32,000 bases of DNA, taken from NCBI RefSeq assembly GCF_000016745.1, contig NC_009483.1, positions 390,001 through 422,000 of the forward strand. Direction: 5' to 3'. The stretch's first letter is position 1; each line of letters begins with the position of its first letter. Positions 20,477 through 28,084 of this stretch are shown here, in pieces. This DNA is from Geotalea uraniireducens Rf4. Its GTDB lineage: Bacteria > Desulfobacterota > Desulfuromonadia > Geobacterales > Geobacteraceae. Below the pieces are notes generated by a model. The model saw only the letters and a list, made by a program, of their open reading frames with translations, searched no databases and was not told where the DNA came from. Both the position numbers and the translations under genes were made by a program.

Positions 20477-22564
20477 TCAGACCTTGAAAACCTTCATCTG
20501 TTCTCTAAGTACCCCAATCTGCATAAAGAGGTTAGTGACCACTTTATCCATGACCTTTGTTGCATCCAGATTAATGGAGGCAGAGGACTGGATGTCCTCT
20601 ACAGCATGGGCAATCTGGTCGCTACCGCGGGACTGCTCTCCTGAGGCACGGCTAATAGTGGAGATCATGCTGGTGATATTCTCGGTGGACTGTGCGATAA
20701 AATTGGCCACCTTGCTCTGTTCAAGGGTAGAATTCCGCACCTGCTCGGTCAGTTGCTTCATATGTTCCGCCGAAGACATGATAAGCTCGCTTCCCTGCGA
20801 CTGCTCCTTGGTGGCTTTCGCAATTTGACCGACCATCTCGGATACCTGCTCCATCGCCTCACGGATCATCTGGCTTCCCTTGGACTGTTCGAGGGTGGTT
20901 AGTGCAATCTCGCGCATCTGGTCGGTAGCCTTCTGCACCCCTTCATATATCTTCTTCAGGGCTTCACCCGATTTTTCGGAAAGATCTTTTCCATCGGCAA
21001 TGCTCTTCTCTGCGATATGAATCGCTTCAACTGCCCGTGCCGTCTCGTTCTGTACAGCACTTATCACCTTTGTTATCTCTTGGGTGGAGGCGCTGGTTCG
21101 CTCAGCCAGTTCCTTTATCTCGTCGGCGACGACTGCAAAGCCTTTACCGTGTTCTCCCGCCTGGGCGGCAATAATGGCTGCATTGAGGGCAAGAAGATTG
21201 GTTTGGCCCGCCACTTCGTCGATGACCGAGAGGATGACGCCGATTGCGCTTGCTCGCTCGGAGAGCGAGTTAATAACCTCAGAGGTAATATCCGATGCGC
21301 GTTTAATCTCGCTTATTCCAACAATGGAAGCTTCAACGGCAGAGCGACCGAATTCCGCATCACCGCGCACCTCGTCGGAAATTGCCGCAGCGGCGGCTGC
21401 ACTCCGTTCGACCTGTTTTATGCTGGTATCCATCTGCATGACCGAGGAAGAGGTGCTGGCAGCCGCTTCCTGAAGGTTTCCAACGCTGCTTCCCACCCGC
21501 TTGATGGAAGCTGTCATCTGCACTATGGATGAACTCACTTCACCTACGGATTTGTTGAGAGTTTCAGCATTATGGGCAACTTCGGTGACACTGGCAGTCA
21601 TCTCCAGGATTGACGATGAGCTTTCGGAAGCAGACAGTGACAAGTGATCGATGCTCTGAGCCACACCCTTGATGGATGCATTGATCTCGATAACCGCCGA
21701 CGAGGTATTACTGACCCCCTCGGACTGGAGCTGTGCGGCATTTACCACCTTGCCGGTCGTTCCAGCCAAATTCTCGGTGATGTGGTTCAGTTCTCCCGCT
21801 GCAGCATTGACCTGGGTAACTATCTGATTCAGGTTCTGGATCATGCCGTTAAGAGACTCTGTCAAATGTCCGAACTCGTCATTTGAAACAACCTCAAGAG
21901 TCCTTGACAGGTCCCCGTTGGCCACCTGCTCCGTCACCTGGCACAGTGATACTATCGGTCTGATAATCAGTCGCTTCATGGTAAAGAAAAGAATTACACC
22001 GAGAATCAACGCCATGGCAAGATTTACAGCTATGACATAAAAGACGGTCTTCGTTAACTGATTTTTGACCTTTGCATCTGAAAGACCGATATAGACCGTG
22101 CCGTGGTCGCTTGAATCAATAGTCACCTTGTGTGAAATCTCGATGGCCAGTCCCGACTTCCTGATTGCCGTAAGGATCGCACCAGTATCGCTGTCCTGTG
22201 GTAACCCGGCGATGATTTTTTTTGCAATGGGAGATTTTTCGGAGAAGCTCGCAAGGTGGGTGGTCAGGTATGCATTTTCGTTGTCCTGGATAAGTGCATA
22301 TATCACATCTTCGTCTTTGGTGATGTCACCGACAATGGCGTCAAGCTGAATGTTGTCCTTGAGCAGAATCGGGTCCTTGCTGATGTTGGCGATATATGTT
22401 CCAAGGCTGCGCCCTTTATCGATAAGAAATCTGTTGAGAGTTGCCCGCTCATTGAAAATTATCAGCGCTGTCCCCACAACGGTCGAAAAGATGAGGATTC
22501 CCACAACGATAAGAAGTAATTTGGCGCGGATACTGCCTTTGAACTTCAGCATTCTACCTGACAT
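20477..22564 (-). CDS. Methyl-accepting chemotaxis protein (periplasmic sensor domain, HAMP, long signalling domain)
   Basis: 695 aa. Two TM segments flank a sensor domain of ~150 aa. HAMP region: [19 protein letters not shown]. Conserved tip: [41 protein letters not shown]. Confidence 0.92.
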   Translation of the reverse strand: MSGRMLKFKGSIRAKLLLIVVGILIFSTVVGTALIIFNERATLNRFLIDKGRSLGTYIANISKDPILLKDNIQLDAIVGDITKDEDVIYALIQDNENAYLTTHLASFSEKSPIAKKIIAGLPQDSDTGAILTAIRKSGLAIEISHKVTIDSSDHGTVYIGLSDAKVKNQLTKTVFYVIAVNLAMALILGVILFFTMKRLIIRPIVSLCQVTEQVANGDLSRTLEVVSNDEFGHLTESLNGMIQNLNQIVTQVNAAAGELNHITENLAGTTGKVVNAAQLQSEGVSNTSSAVIEINASIKGVAQSIDHLSLSASESSSSILEMTASVTEVAHNAETLNKSVGEVSSSIVQMTASIKRVGSSVGNLQEAAASTSSSVMQMDTSIKQVERSAAAAAAISDEVRGDAEFGRSAVEASIVGISEIKRASDITSEVINSLSERASAIGVILSVIDEVAGQTNLLALNAAIIAAQAGEHGKGFAVVADEIKELAERTSASTQEITKVISAVQNETARAVEAIHIAEKSIADGKDLSEKSGEALKKIYEGVQKATDQMREIALTTLEQSKGSQMIREAMEQVSEMVGQIAKATKEQSQGSELIMSSAEHMKQLTEQVRNSTLEQSKVANFIAQSTENITSMISTISRASGEQSRGSDQIAHAVEDIQSSASINLDATKVMDKVVTNLFMQIGVLREQMKVFKV

Positions 22565-22617
22565 TTGAGCGTGCTCCTTAAGAGACTCGATAAAAGTTGG
22601 TGAATCTCACCTGCGCT

Positions 22618-22656
22618 GTCATGCCGTCCGCGGTTTACACCGCCGGACGGCATGAC
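22618..22656 (-). other. Long perfect hairpin between the PhnD-like gene and the MCP gene
   Basis: GTCATGCCGTCCG-CGG-tttaca-CCG-c-CGGACGGCATGAC. It has 13 perfect bp plus 3 more. No U-tract follows on the minus-strand RNA, so it is not a classic terminator. Confidence 0.7.
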
Positions 22657-22673
22657 AATGTTGGATCAAAATA

Positions 22674-23531
22674 TTACAGATGTTTTTTCAGCCAGCTGTC
22701 CATCTCCCTTACCGAGTTGTAATCGGCATCCTTGGGTACGATGAACTTGTCGACCATTATACCGTCGAGAATGGCTTTCCCTTCCGCATCCTTGTGCATG
22801 TTGAGGAAAATGTCCCTGATCTTCGCCTTCAGAGTCGGATCGGTGTCTTTCCTGACAACCACTGGCGGAATGCCATATTTGGGTGATTTACGGATAATCT
22901 TGGTTTGGGAGGTAAATGCGGGGTTTTTCTTTGCTGCATAATCGTAGATAAGGCTGTCTACGCTCGCCCCGTCCACCAGTTTCTTGGCAACCGCCTCGAT
23001 GGATTTGTCATGACTCTTTGTATAGAGCACCTTGCTGAAAAATTTCTCGGGAGTGGTGTTGAAATCCTTGCCAATCATATAGGTGGGAACGATCTTGCCG
23101 GTATTGGACTTGGGATCGGTAAAGGCGAATTTCTTCCCTTTCAGATCCCCCAGGTTCTTGGCCGGACTATTCTTGTGCGCAATTATATAGGCATAATAAA
23201 AGGGCTGTCCGTAGGATTGAGGAGCGACGACCAACTCCGCCCCGAACTTGTCATGATCCTTCACGTAAGGGCCGGAACAGACGAAAGCAAAATTGAGGTC
23301 GCCGCTTTCAAGCATCTTGTCGGTTTCGTCGTAGTTTTCCTTCTGTACCATTTCCACGGGCTGGCCGAGCTTGGCACCCACATAATCGATCATTTTTTTG
23401 TAATACTTGACCGTTTCCTTAGGCGAAATCATTGCCGCCACGCCGATCTTGACCGGTCCTCCGGCCGCCATTGCAGCTGCTGCGTTCAACCAGAGAACTG
23501 CCGCACAGATACCAACCCATCTTTTCATCAT
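22674..23531 (-). CDS. PhnD-family periplasmic substrate-binding protein (phosphonate/phosphite ABC-type SBP fold)
   Basis: Signal peptide MMKRWVGICAAVLWLNAAAAMA, then PVKIGVAAMISPKE...FAFVCSGPYV...YYAYIIAHKNSPAKNLGDLKGKKFAFTDPKSNTG. Start set at ATG 23531 (AGGAGGG SD). No ABC permease or ATPase gene is adjacent. Confidence 0.8.
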   Translation of the reverse strand: MMKRWVGICAAVLWLNAAAAMAAGGPVKIGVAAMISPKETVKYYKKMIDYVGAKLGQPVEMVQKENYDETDKMLESGDLNFAFVCSGPYVKDHDKFGAELVVAPQSYGQPFYYAYIIAHKNSPAKNLGDLKGKKFAFTDPKSNTGKIVPTYMIGKDFNTTPEKFFSKVLYTKSHDKSIEAVAKKLVDGASVDSLIYDYAAKKNPAFTSQTKIIRKSPKYGIPPVVVRKDTDPTLKAKIRDIFLNMHKDAEGKAILDGIMVDKFIVPKDADYNSVREMDSWLKKHL

Positions 23532-23769
23532 TGAACCCTCCTTGTATTTTATGAACTCTCCCTTGAACCCCATCTTCCGATTCTTCGCCTCCGGCGTGTC
23601 ATCAACTGCCGGATGACTCGTGCAACGTCTCGACCCTCAGCACCTTCCGGCCGGGTCGCGTCCGGCGCCAAACATTAATGAACGTTAGTCGTTTCTACAC
23701 AAGAAAGCGCATAAAATCAATAAAATATCGTGGGGTTAGGCAGGAATGGGTGCAAATAAAATTTACACA

Positions 23770-23810
23770 TTGGGAAAAGGTAAAGATTAAGAGGGGATAG
23801 CGGTCAGGGC
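23770..23810 (+). repeat. Purine-rich direct repeat, copy 1
   Basis: ttgggaaaaggtaaagattaagaggggatagcggtcagggc. It matches 27316-27356 at 37 of 41 positions, and all four differences are transitions. Weaker similarity extends ~9 nt further 5' (atttacaca / atttaacaag). Confidence 0.85.
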
Positions 23811-23958
23811 GTGTACCAAGCCGGAGTCGGAAAGATGTAATCCGCAGGAATCACCGGACGCAAGGCCATGACCCCATGGATTCCTTGCCAGTGGAGCAGG
23901 ATTAGATAATATTAAAAGATAAGCCGGGATACAGACAGGCTACCGAGGGGAGGGAAGC

Positions 23959-24960
23959 ATGAACCGACGACAATTCATGCAGAGCGTAGTTGCCGGGACC
24001 GTGGGGTTGATGTCCGGCGAGGTGCTGGCCGGTAACACGACCGGTCACGGTCTGCCAAGGGCCGCCGGTCCAACCAGGACCCGGGTTGCCCTGGTCAGAA
24101 CCGACAACCGGGCAACCGGCATCAAGCGGGCGATCAGGCTGCTGGGAGCCAACCCTGTGGCTGGTAAGCGAGTGCTGCTAAAGCCTAACTTCAATACCGC
24201 CGATCTCTTTCCCGCCTCCACCCACAACGACACCCTGGTCCAGCTCATCGCCGAGCTGCGGGGGATGGGGGCCAAAGCCGTTACCATCGGCGAGCGGAGC
24301 GGTCCGCCGGACACCGCTGACGTGCTGCGCGACAAAGGGATCATTGAGCTCTGCAAACGTCTCGACGTGGGGCTCATCAACTTCGAGGAGTTGACACCGG
24401 AAAGCTGGACGAAGGTGATCCCGCCGGCGAGCCACTGGAACGACGGCTTCCTGATGGCGAGGCCGGTTCTTGATGCCGAGTGCGTGGTTGTCACCTGCTG
24501 CCTCAAGACTCACGGCTATGGTGGGGTCTTCACCATGTCCCTGAAGAACTCCATCGGCTTCGTCCACAAGAAGAACATGCGCGAGCTGCACACCTCGTTT
24601 CTCAGCCAGCGCAAAATGATCGCCGAGGTGAACGTCTCTTACCGGCCGGCCCTTATCTTGCTGGATGGCATTGAAGCTTTCGTCGACAAGGGGCCCATGG
24701 AGGGGCCGAAAAAGCGTGCCGATGTGATCCTGGCCGGCACCGACAGGATTGCCATTGATGCGGTGGGGCTGGCGGTTCTCAAGGAACTTGGGAGCAACCG
24801 GGCGATCATGGACACCACCATCTTCGCCCAGGAACAGATCGCCAGGGCCGTGGAGCTTGGGTTGGGGGTCAAGGGCCCCGGCGCCATCGAGATCGTCAGT
24901 GACGACGAGGCCGGCCGGAGTTATTCAGAGAAGCTCCGGCAGATCCTGGCCAAGGGCTAG
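23959..24960 (+). CDS. DUF362 domain protein with a twin-arginine signal peptide
   Basis: 333 aa. MNRRQFMQSVVAGTVGLMSGEVLA (Tat motif RRQF). DUF362-type core: RVLLKPNFNT...VVTCCLKTHGYGG...DRIAIDAVG. Confidence 0.75.
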   Translation: MNRRQFMQSVVAGTVGLMSGEVLAGNTTGHGLPRAAGPTRTRVALVRTDNRATGIKRAIRLLGANPVAGKRVLLKPNFNTADLFPASTHNDTLVQLIAELRGMGAKAVTIGERSGPPDTADVLRDKGIIELCKRLDVGLINFEELTPESWTKVIPPASHWNDGFLMARPVLDAECVVVTCCLKTHGYGGVFTMSLKNSIGFVHKKNMRELHTSFLSQRKMIAEVNVSYRPALILLDGIEAFVDKGPMEGPKKRADVILAGTDRIAIDAVGLAVLKELGSNRAIMDTTIFAQEQIARAVELGLGVKGPGAIEIVSDDEAGRSYSEKLRQILAKG

Positions 24961-25077
24961 GCTGTGGGTTGACAGATATATATTTCCTGAATGGAGAGAA
25001 TTCGGTAGACACAATACGTATTCGCGCTCATGGCATATTCCTTGTGGTAGGTTTACTGTCGCCAGTATACAGGGTTT

Positions 25078-25116
25078 ATTGGGAAAATCAATGGGTTGCG
25101 AGGGGCGAGAAAGGGC
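25078..25116 (+). repeat. Possible degenerate third copy of the purine-rich repeat
   Basis: attgggaaaatcaatgggttgcgaggggcgagaaagggc. It shares attgggaaaa, tt..gagggg and agggc blocks in the same order with copies 1 and 2 (about 60% identity by my hand alignment). Confidence 0.35.
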
Positions 25117-25196
25117 CGGGTTGGAAGTTGAAAAGCGATAGATGAACTCGTCGGTGATCGGGAGCTATCTGGATCGCAAGAGGATTGTCGGTGGGG

Positions 25197-25511
25197 TCAA
25201 GCGTCCCCCACGGTTTCCCTTGTGGGTCTGTCATGCCAGTACATCGGTTCACGGTGCAAATGGGCAACGGCAACGATTACAACTGTCTTGTTATCAATGC
25301 CGTAGACCAGCATATAAGGGAATCTTCTTGTTATGCAACGCCGCAACCCAGGAGCAATAGTCGCACAGCTTTCAGGAAAGTTGGTAATCCGCTTCAAGGC
25401 AAAACGAACTTCATCAAGAAAAAGCCACCCAAGATTTTCCTGCTCTATCTCATACCAGGAAATCGCGTCATCAAGCTCGATCCGGGCAGGCTCAAGGAAG
25501 CGAATATTCAT
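25197..25511 (-). CDS. ParE/RelE-superfamily type II toxin
   Basis: 104 aa. The pattern FLEPARIELDDAISWY...FPESCATI...RRCITRRFPYMLVYGIDNKTVVIVAVAHLHREP is typical of plasmid-stabilisation ParE-like toxins. A 4-nt ATGA overlap joins it to the upstream antitoxin gene. Confidence 0.8.
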   Translation of the reverse strand: MNIRFLEPARIELDDAISWYEIEQENLGWLFLDEVRFALKRITNFPESCATIAPGLRRCITRRFPYMLVYGIDNKTVVIVAVAHLHREPMYWHDRPTRETVGDA

Positions 25512-25726
25512 GGTTTGTACTTCTCGAACACTTCAGCGGCAGAAAGGGTTTTGATTTTTCCAGCCTTATACCCTTCCCAGCGCCGTGATGCTTCATCAGC
25601 CCAGAGTTTCTCGATCTCCTTATCCGGCATATCCAGCGATTCAAGAATATAGTCAACTAACTGGAGTCGTTCAAGTGGAGGAAGAGCAGTTGCTTGATGA
25701 ATAAGAGGATTGTTACGTTCGAGCAT
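25508..25726 (-). CDS. Addiction-module antitoxin (short helical 'putative addiction module component' type)
   Basis: 72 aa. LPPLERLQLVDYILESLD...EIEKLWADEASRRWEGYKAGKIKTLSAAEVF is characteristic of the antitoxin family paired with ParE/RelE-like toxins. Confidence 0.75.
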   Translation of the reverse strand: MLERNNPLIHQATALPPLERLQLVDYILESLDMPDKEIEKLWADEASRRWEGYKAGKIKTLSAAEVFEKYKP

Positions 25727-25768
25727 GGTGGCACCTCATCTCTATCCAGGTAAGCCGGACGTTCCGAA

Positions 25769-25839
25769 TTACACTTAGAAATTGTGTAAAACTTACTGTT
25801 GATGCAGGGAGTATATCAGCACGGTTGAGCGGTAGTCAA
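25769..25839 (-). promoter_or_regulatory. Promoter plus inverted-repeat operator candidate for the antitoxin/ParE operon
   Basis: The minus strand reads TTGACT-N18-TATACT (25839-25810). Downstream lies TTACAC-N9-GTGTAA (25789-25769), between the promoter and ATG 25726. Confidence 0.45.
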
Positions 25840-25907
25840 GGCGACAGGGAATGACCTGCAAAGGACCTCGTCGTCGTCGGCATTTTTTCACCAGGAGCAT
25901 GGCCTGC

Positions 25908-26225
25908 TCATGCTGCCTCATAAACTACCTTTCCTTCCGTTTTTGCCTGGTAATATACATTGCCCGGAGTTTCAGCCCAATATTCGAAGGTCTCCCGGCT
26001 GACCACCAGCAGATCGACGGGAATGCGAAGCGGACTCAGGGTCCGGTTAAGGCGCACCATTTCGGCAATACGAACCTTTACCTCATTTTCAATAACGAGT
26101 ATATCGACATCGCTGTCTTCGCGCGCTTCTTTCCGGGCATGGGAGCCAAACAGGATGATTTTTTGCGGATGGGCGGTTTCCTTGAGCAGTTCGGTTGCCC
26201 TGTCCAGAAGAGCTTGATCTATCAT
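25908..26225 (-). CDS. Minimal nucleotidyltransferase (MNT/MntA-type antitoxin-like), with no intact HEPN partner
   Basis: 105 aa. Pol-beta NTase motif: LFGSHARKEAREDSDVDILV. Confidence 0.85.
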   Translation of the reverse strand: MIDQALLDRATELLKETAHPQKIILFGSHARKEAREDSDVDILVIENEVKVRIAEMVRLNRTLSPLRIPVDLLVVSRETFEYWAETPGNVYYQAKTEGKVVYEAA

Positions 26226-26354
26226 GGTGCGACTCCATGCATGATAAGGGTCATCTTGGAAGCCTGGCCCTGCGCTCTGTTTGTGGCCGAGCTCAATTTA
26301 TTTTTGCTTATGACCCGGCACTTTGTTATTATTGCCTCAACAAAGGAGTTCCCC

Positions 26355-26561
26355 ATGAACGAAATCTTTTTCCTTGTTGAAGAAGCCTCAGAAGGCGGCT
26401 ACGCGGCCAAAGCACTCGGGGAATCGATTTTCACCGAGGCAGATACCCTTGAAGAACTCCATGCCAATGTACGGGATGCGGTTCGGTGCCACTTCGATGA
26501 AGGGAAAGCGCCGAAGATGATCCGCCTGCACTTTGTCCACGAAGAAGTCCTCGCCGTATGA
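26355..26561 (+). CDS. hicB: HicB-like antitoxin (small N-terminal-domain-only form)
   Basis: 68 aa from ATG 26355 (AAGGAG 6 nt upstream). MNEIFFLVEEASEGGYAAKALGESIFTEADTLEELHANVRDAVRCHF. The long ORF 25851..26561 is an artefact antisense to the MNT gene. Confidence 0.7.
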   Translation: MNEIFFLVEEASEGGYAAKALGESIFTEADTLEELHANVRDAVRCHFDEGKAPKMIRLHFVHEEVLAV

Positions 26562-26800
26562 AGCTGCCGCGTGACATCACCGGAAACGACCTGGCAAAAG
26601 CCCTCGTCAAACTCGGTTATCATGTCACCCGACAGACCGGCAGTCACATCAGGCTCTCTACGGTTGAAAACGGCGAGCATCACATTACCGTACCCGCCCA
26701 CAATCCCCTGAAAATAGGGACCCTGGCGGCAATTCTTTCCGATATCGAATCCCATCACAAGCTGACGCGAGAAGAGCTGTTGAAGCGCTTTTTCTCTTGA
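26558..26800 (+). CDS. hicA: HicA-family (YcfA-like) mRNA interferase toxin
   Basis: 80 aa. LAKALVKLGYHVTRQTGSHIRL...HHITVPAHNPLKIGTLAAILSDI. ATGA overlap with hicB. Confidence 0.8.
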   Translation: MKLPRDITGNDLAKALVKLGYHVTRQTGSHIRLSTVENGEHHITVPAHNPLKIGTLAAILSDIESHHKLTREELLKRFFS

Positions 26801-26939
26801 AATGATGTAAAAGTGTCCCTGCTTTCCCGCAGACTTTAAGTATCTTTAAGTTTGCATGTTTGCACTTCTGACCCGAAATGTCCCCCTGTTGATGCTGTCA
26901 TAATGAAGTAGGCGGCTATTTGGGCTGAATCAAAAGTCA

Positions 26940-27149
26940 CTATGAGTTGGAGGCAAGTTTGTCTATAACTCGATCTGAATTTCTATAATGCTCCAAAAAG
27001 GCGAGTAGCTTTGGGTCTGTCACACGTATAGGCAGACTATTCATATGATTAGATTCGATTATTGGTAAAACAATTTTTCTTTGTTGCTCGGTAAGTGACC
27101 TGAAAAGATCTAACCATTCTTGAGTAGTGCCGTTATGCTTGTAGTGCAT
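26940..27149 (-). CDS. Hypothetical 69-aa ORF in the AT-rich remnant. Doubtful; it may be part of a decayed gene.
   Basis: It is an open frame only. There is no SD, a stop lies immediately upstream in frame, it overlaps the end of the radical-SAM fragment frame, and GC is very low relative to the flanks. Confidence 0.25.
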   Translation of the reverse strand: MHYKHNGTTQEWLDLFRSLTEQQRKIVLPIIESNHMNSLPIRVTDPKLLAFLEHYRNSDRVIDKLASNS

Positions 27150-27279
27150 TCAATATTGGTACAGCACAGAACTCACATTTTCTAACGCATCCCCGTGTCA
27201 TGTAACCGTAATATGCCCCAGATTCAGGATACTTATAGTCAGTTTCCTCCAAAATCGAATAGTCCAGAGGAAATGGTTG
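27133..27279 (-). pseudogene. N-terminal fragment of a radical SAM enzyme (CX3CX2C), lacking a start codon and truncated after ~48 codons
   Basis: My minus-strand translation reads QPFPLDYSILEETDYKYPESGAYYGYMTRGCVRKCEFCAVPILNALQA*. It contains the canonical radical-SAM cluster motif C-VRK-C-EF-C. Confidence 0.5.
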
Positions 27280-27315
27280 TCATATATACAACAAATTTGT
27301 GCGAGATTTAACAAG

Positions 27316-27356
27316 TTGGGAAAAGGTAAGGATTGAGAAAGGATAGCGGTCAGGGC
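27316..27356 (+). repeat. Purine-rich direct repeat, copy 2 (overlaps the stop codon of the minus-strand hypothetical gene)
   Basis: ttgggaaaaggtaaggattgagaaaggatagcggtcagggc. See copy 1. Confidence 0.85.
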
Positions 27357-27658
27357 ATATAGTAGGTTATCTCGTTATGGCCGACGAGGAGATAAAGTCC
27401 GATCATCGAAGGGCGTTCGCAGGGGACGCACCCCCACTCAGCTAAGAGCTCCGCCGCGTGCTCGCCGCACTCGGGGGTGAGGAAGAGATCCACTCCCCCA
27501 TCTTCGCGCCCTTGCTGAAAAAACGCCATCGAGCGCGGTGCGCGGGCAGCGGCAAAGGCTTCGGAAAAAGCTTCCTTGCGCTGCTGCACCTCCCCTGCTG
27601 CCACCTGCCCGGTGGTCAGGGGCAAATGATACCAGTTCATCTCATTCACATGCTCCAT
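27350..27658 (-). CDS. Hypothetical protein (102 aa)
   Basis: Start taken at ATG 27658 (MEHVNEMNWYHLPL...), 5 nt after the DUF1992 stop and preceded by GGAAGGGG. The 76-aa N-terminal extension in the ORF track overlaps DUF1992 out of frame. I recognise no motif. Confidence 0.55.
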   Translation of the reverse strand: MEHVNEMNWYHLPLTTGQVAAGEVQQRKEAFSEAFAAARAPRSMAFFQQGREDGGVDLFLTPECGEHAAELLAEWGCVPCERPSMIGLYLLVGHNEITYYMP

Positions 27659-27663
27659 CACGG

Positions 27664-28053
27664 TCACCCCTTCCGCTCCTCTCCCGCCAGCCGGTCGAGC
27701 ATCTTCTCCTGGTATGCCGGCAGGAGATCCAGGCTCATGGGGCGCCTGCGGGCCATCTCCAGCTTCATCAGCTTGTGGTTCAGCTCGCGCACCTTCCTGC
27801 TCCGTTCCTCGCCGTCGTCCATGGAGAGCACCAGCCGTCGCAGGGAGTGGACCTTGTTGGAAAGCTCCAGTTCGGGCGGCAGGCAACCGGCGTTTTTCAT
27901 CACCTTGTAGGCCATGCGCAGCTCCTCCGGCACGGCGGAAAGGTCCTCCTCGGCCAGCGGTTTCCCCTTGCCGGCAAGGTTGTCGAATTCCCCCCGCTCC
28001 ATGGCTTCCCTGATTCTGCGCTCGGCTATTGTTGCGAAAACGTCCATGCTCAT
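27664..28053 (-). CDS. DUF1992 (DnaJC28-like) domain protein
   Basis: 129 aa. IAERRIREAMERGEFDNLAGKGKPL is the signature N-terminus of DUF1992 proteins. Confidence 0.8.
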   Translation of the reverse strand: MSMDVFATIAERRIREAMERGEFDNLAGKGKPLAEEDLSAVPEELRMAYKVMKNAGCLPPELELSNKVHSLRRLVLSMDDGEERSRKVRELNHKLMKLEMARRRPMSLDLLPAYQEKMLDRLAGEERKG

Positions 28054-28084
28054 TCGTTGATTGTCGGCGGAAGATCGGTGCTCT

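Noticed and set aside
23770-23835. Cobalamin riboswitch-like strings (GGGAA..GGT.AA..., AAGCCGGAGTCGG resembling a B12 box) upstream of DUF362.
   Set aside because: The expected complementary CCCGC..ACUGU core and a full B12 box are missing. The first half of the string is simply the direct repeat, which also occurs at 27316 overlapping a CDS end. The riboswitch reading is therefore unlikely.
25851-26561. 236-aa + strand ORF spanning the MNT gene region.
   Set aside because: Its first ~168 aa are antisense to the well-supported MNT gene and have no domain. Only the last 68 aa, from ATG 26355 with an AAGGAG SD, form the HicB-like protein.
23700-27360. Integron cassette array or attC sites. 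The cues were TA cassettes, repeated boundary elements, and a GTTAGGC (GTTRRRY) at 23735-23741.
   Set aside because: The repeated element is purine-rich on one strand with no R''/L''-L'/R' inverted-repeat structure. I found no matching RYYYAAC partner at attC distance. There is no intI in the window, and gene orientations are mixed. A HattCI or IntegronFinder run could overturn this.
27659-27886. 76-aa N-terminal extension of the hypothetical protein (ORF 27350..27886).
   Set aside because: It overlaps the DUF1992 gene in another frame and is Pro/Gly/Ala/Arg-rich. A plausible SD plus ATG at 27658 follows the DUF1992 stop.
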